Below are positions 15,561 through 18,324 of a stretch of DNA of 18,324 nucleotides, one piece after another (within the stretch, counting starts at the first letter, position 1; the number at the start of each line of letters is the position of its first letter). A program made the translations under genes and the position numbers. The notes under the pieces are model-generated. The model saw only the letters and a program-made list of their open reading frames with translations, made no database searches and was not told where the DNA came from. The DNA lies in contig JBIOXB010000108.1 of NCBI GenBank assembly GCA_044869275.1, positions 1 to 18,324 on the forward strand. Reading direction: 5' to 3'. This DNA is from a bacterium (GTDB lineage: Bacteria; Zhuqueibacterota; Zhuqueibacteria; Zhuqueibacterales; Zhuqueibacteraceae).

Positions 15561-17102
15561 TTAGCGCAACCGCAGCATTTTTGGGGTGGCAATAAAATTT
15601 TCCGCCTGTCGTCGGTAGAAATAGACGCCACTGGCCATGTGTTCGGCGTGCCATGCGGCTTGATGATTGCCGGGCAGATATTCTCCTGCTGCCAATATCG
15701 CTACTTCCTCCCCATGCAAGTTGTAGACCTTCAGAGTCAGAGAACTCTTGCGGCGCAGCGAAAATGAAATGGTCGTTGCAGCGTTAAAAGGATTGGGATG
15801 GTTTTGGTGCAATGAATATGCCTGCGAAAGCCTGCTCGTCGAGGTATCCGTTGCAATGGCAGCAACGCTGTCGGTATGGAGGATGACACCGTTTTCACCC
15901 ACAGCCCACCCGTTTTCCTCGTCGAAAAAACAAACAGCGAGAAGATTTTGTGAGGTCGACTTGATTCTTTCGATCCAACTGGCACCGCCGTTATTGGTTT
16001 GCAGAATCAAGCCGTCATCACCGACGACCGCTCCATAATTTGAATCGACAAAATGGACAGCTCGAAAGGTAGAATTCAGATCAGCATTATTGTACCCAAA
16101 TTGAAAACTCCATGAGCTGCCTCCGTTTTGGGTATGGAGAATGACCTCGGTGAATCTTGCAAAGGCAGGGTAAGAATCGCTTCCTGTTGCCCAGCCCTTT
16201 TGAGCATTGGAGAAAAACATTGCTGATACAATTGGTTCGCCTCCCGTCCTCTGTAAAATCCATTGGTTACCCCCATCTTTCGTGTGTACTATGCTTGAGA
16301 AGGTGTATTTGAAAGCGAACCCGCCTCCAAGCCAGCCGATTTGGCCATCCACGCAATAAGCAGTGACAAAGCCAACTGAACTTCCAGCTAAATTATCGGG
16401 TAGGGTTTGAGGCTGCCAAGTCAACCCCCCCATCGGTTGTGCGCCAAACTGATCTTCCTGCCACAACTGTGCCCGTGTCTATGCTGGCAAAGCTAATGGT
16501 ATGGCGAGTAATGAAACCAGGTACCGCAGCATGAACCCTCCAAGGATTGCCGCCATTCGTTTGCGGCAGCCATTTCAACGGAAAGAACCCTGTTGCAAAA
16601 TGCCAAGCTTCCGACCAGTCACTGTTACCCGCGGAGTTCGTGGCTTGCACGCGCCAATAGTAAGTCGTTGCTTCTACAAGTTTCAATGAAGTGCCGACGG
16701 TTCCACTGCCGATTTCATCCTTGATTTCAACTTCTTTAACCAGCATGGAAAAGAGAGCATCTATCGCGACCTGCAGCCGATAGGTCGTTATTCCTGGCGA
16801 GGTATTCCAAGTCAAAGTCAATGTGGTAGATAAATTCGTTTGATCATTTTCCGGCGATCGCAACGCGGGCACCAATAACGAGGTGGAAAAAACCGATTGT
16901 TGTGACCAAGGTCCTGTCCCCTCCACCTTCAAAGAATTCCCAAATGCCACCGAACATGTGCGTGTTGGGATAACCCTGTTTTTTCCCATTTGTTCGACTG
17001 TCCTACGGCTTGTTGCCTCGGAACGCACAGGAAAAATCCCAGCGCCGCCGCTGCTGCTCCAGTTGCTTTGTTCTCACGCTTATCGAAGCATCTTATGAAC
17101 AA
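15561..17102 (-). pseudogene. Broken secreted protein gene: signal-like leader, fn3-like module, YCF48/BNR beta-propeller repeats and an NPFN-type (T9SS-like) C-terminal sorting domain
   Basis: Three reading frames: a leader (~17102-16929), fn3-like YYWRVQATNSAGNSDWS (to ~16430), then the TxDGGxxW repeats and HQNHPNPFN...SGVYFYR (to 15561). An extra G in the G7 run at 16425-16431 breaks TTDGG-LTWQ. Confidence 0.8.
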
Positions 17103-17118
17103 AGTGTGCTCTTGCAGG

Positions 17119-18063
17119 CTACGAATTTCTTGCCGCGAGCGGCTGAAAAAGCGCGGCAAGAGATTTGGCGTAGGCTGTGAACATTTGCCCACGCATGGGC
17201 GAGGGCAACGCCAAGACAGAAGGCATGCGCAAAATCACCGCGAAAAACCAAATCACACGGAAAAACAATTGTGCCGGCCTGCCGAAATGCTTGCGAAAGA
17301 ATTGCACTTTGCTGGCGTTGGCAAAGAGAGTAGCGGCAGGACTGTTTTGCGCGGTGCTTTGACCACCCCAATGAATCATACGCACGCCAGGAACGTAGTA
17401 AAGCTCCCAGCCATGCTGCGCGACACGATAACAAAAATCTTCTTCTTCGCAAAATAAAAAAAAGCTCTCGTCCATCGGGCCTACTTCTTCAATGACTCGC
17501 CGCCGCACGAAAAGATAAGCGCCCAGCAGTCTTTGCACGCGCACGGGCGAGGACACCTCCCTTCGCCCCAACCTCCATCGACCGTCGATATGATTCAAAG
17601 GAAGCAAGCGATCCAGAAACAAAGCAATCCAGCTCATCGTCGCTAAATTGGGAAAGGGAAAATAAGACGGCTGCAAGGAGTGATCCGCATTCAGAATCTT
17701 GCAGCCGGCAATGCCCGCGCGCGGGGTCGATTCCATGAATTCAAGAATCGGCGTGAGCGCATCCTCGATGAAGAGGGTATCGGGATTTAACAACAGCAAA
17801 TACTTGCCGCGAGCGACTTTGATGCCCTGATTGTTTGCCCCGGCAAAGCCCAGATTGCGGTCATGGCGCAACACTGACACCTGGGGGAAATGCTGGGCAA
17901 CGGCCTCGGCGCTGCCATCGTGGGAGGCATTATCGACCACGATGATCTCGGCAAGCCGGGAGGACTCCCAGCGGGACAGCGATCGCAGGCATTCCAGCAG
18001 CACTTCTCTGGTGTTATAGCTGACGATGATAATCGAGACGTCAACGGGCATTGGCGCTGCCAT
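17119..18063 (-). CDS. Glycosyltransferase family 2 (WbbL/rhamnosyltransferase-like)
   Basis: SIIIVSYNT, VVDNASHDGS, NLGFAGANN, LLLNPDT, GAYL, DESFFLFCEEEDFCYR and IHWGGQS motifs. Start is 18063 or 18051. Confidence 0.93.
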   Translation of the reverse strand: MAAPMPVDVSIIIVSYNTREVLLECLRSLSRWESSRLAEIIVVDNASHDGSAEAVAQHFPQVSVLRHDRNLGFAGANNQGIKVARGKYLLLLNPDTLFIEDALTPILEFMESTPRAGIAGCKILNADHSLQPSYFPFPNLATMSWIALFLDRLLPLNHIDGRWRLGRREVSSPVRVQRLLGAYLFVRRRVIEEVGPMDESFFLFCEEEDFCYRVAQHGWELYYVPGVRMIHWGGQSTAQNSPAATLFANASKVQFFRKHFGRPAQLFFRVIWFFAVILRMPSVLALPSPMRGQMFTAYAKSLAALFQPLAARNS

Positions 18064-18324
18064 CCTTCTTCGCCCTGCATATCATGACCATATAAGTCAA
18101 GCCCAAGCGGAACCCTTTATAGTGAGGCGGTTGCGCCAGCACCGGATATTTGTCGAAGGCAGTGAAGTTTTCGGGAAAGAGAATTCTAAGGGCAAAGCGT
18201 TGCAGGGTTCGACTGTACGGGAACCATCTTTCAAAACCATACTGTCCAAAAGCATTCTCGAGATCGAAATAACGCGCCAACAGCTCTTCAAATTCAGTTT
18301 GCGTCCATTCTCTGACGTGAAACT
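18041..18324 (-). CDS. Probable class I SAM-dependent methyltransferase, C-terminal part (begins outside the window)
   Basis: The frame is open to the window edge: FHVREWTQTEFEELLARYF...YMVMICRA. The FHVRE-x-T-x-x-E pattern is typical of glycan-cluster methyltransferases. Overlaps the GT2 start by 23 bp. Confidence 0.7.
   Translation of the reverse strand, partial: FHVREWTQTEFEELLARYFDLENAFGQYGFERWFPYSRTLQRFALRILFPENFTAFDKYPVLAQPPHYKGFRLGLTYMVMICRAKKDGSANAR

Overview
Bacterial chromosomal window of moderately high GC. The secreted protein with an NPFN-type C-terminal sorting domain and the gene content suggest an FCB-group organism such as KSB1 or Calditrichota; this is inference only. From left to right: (1) the 5' part of secD, divergent from an ECF sigma / zinc-binding anti-sigma / exported repeat-protein operon that has a probable autoregulatory ECF promoter; (2) a minus-strand unit of a DUF3098-like gene, tRNA-Val(TAC), tRNA-Asp(GTC), a terminator and a small DUF4430-like lipoprotein; (3) housekeeping genes pyrF, thrB, P5C dehydrogenase and a HAD hydrolase; (4) a ~2.3 kb low-GC islet; (5) an exported cyclase-family hydrolase; (6) a minus-strand glycan cluster of two SAM methyltransferases, two GT2 and one GT4, interrupted by a frameshifted secreted beta-propeller gene. 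The best candidate for a novel system is the islet. It pairs a 2TM protein carrying an inactive PLD-like (DUF5919-like) domain with a convergent HxGH nucleotidyltransferase fused in frame to a winged helix that appears to come from a mobile element. Three intergenic 7-nt-periodic inverted-repeat hairpins with unrelated unit sequences are also notable. All family assignments come from motif recognition by eye; no searches were run.
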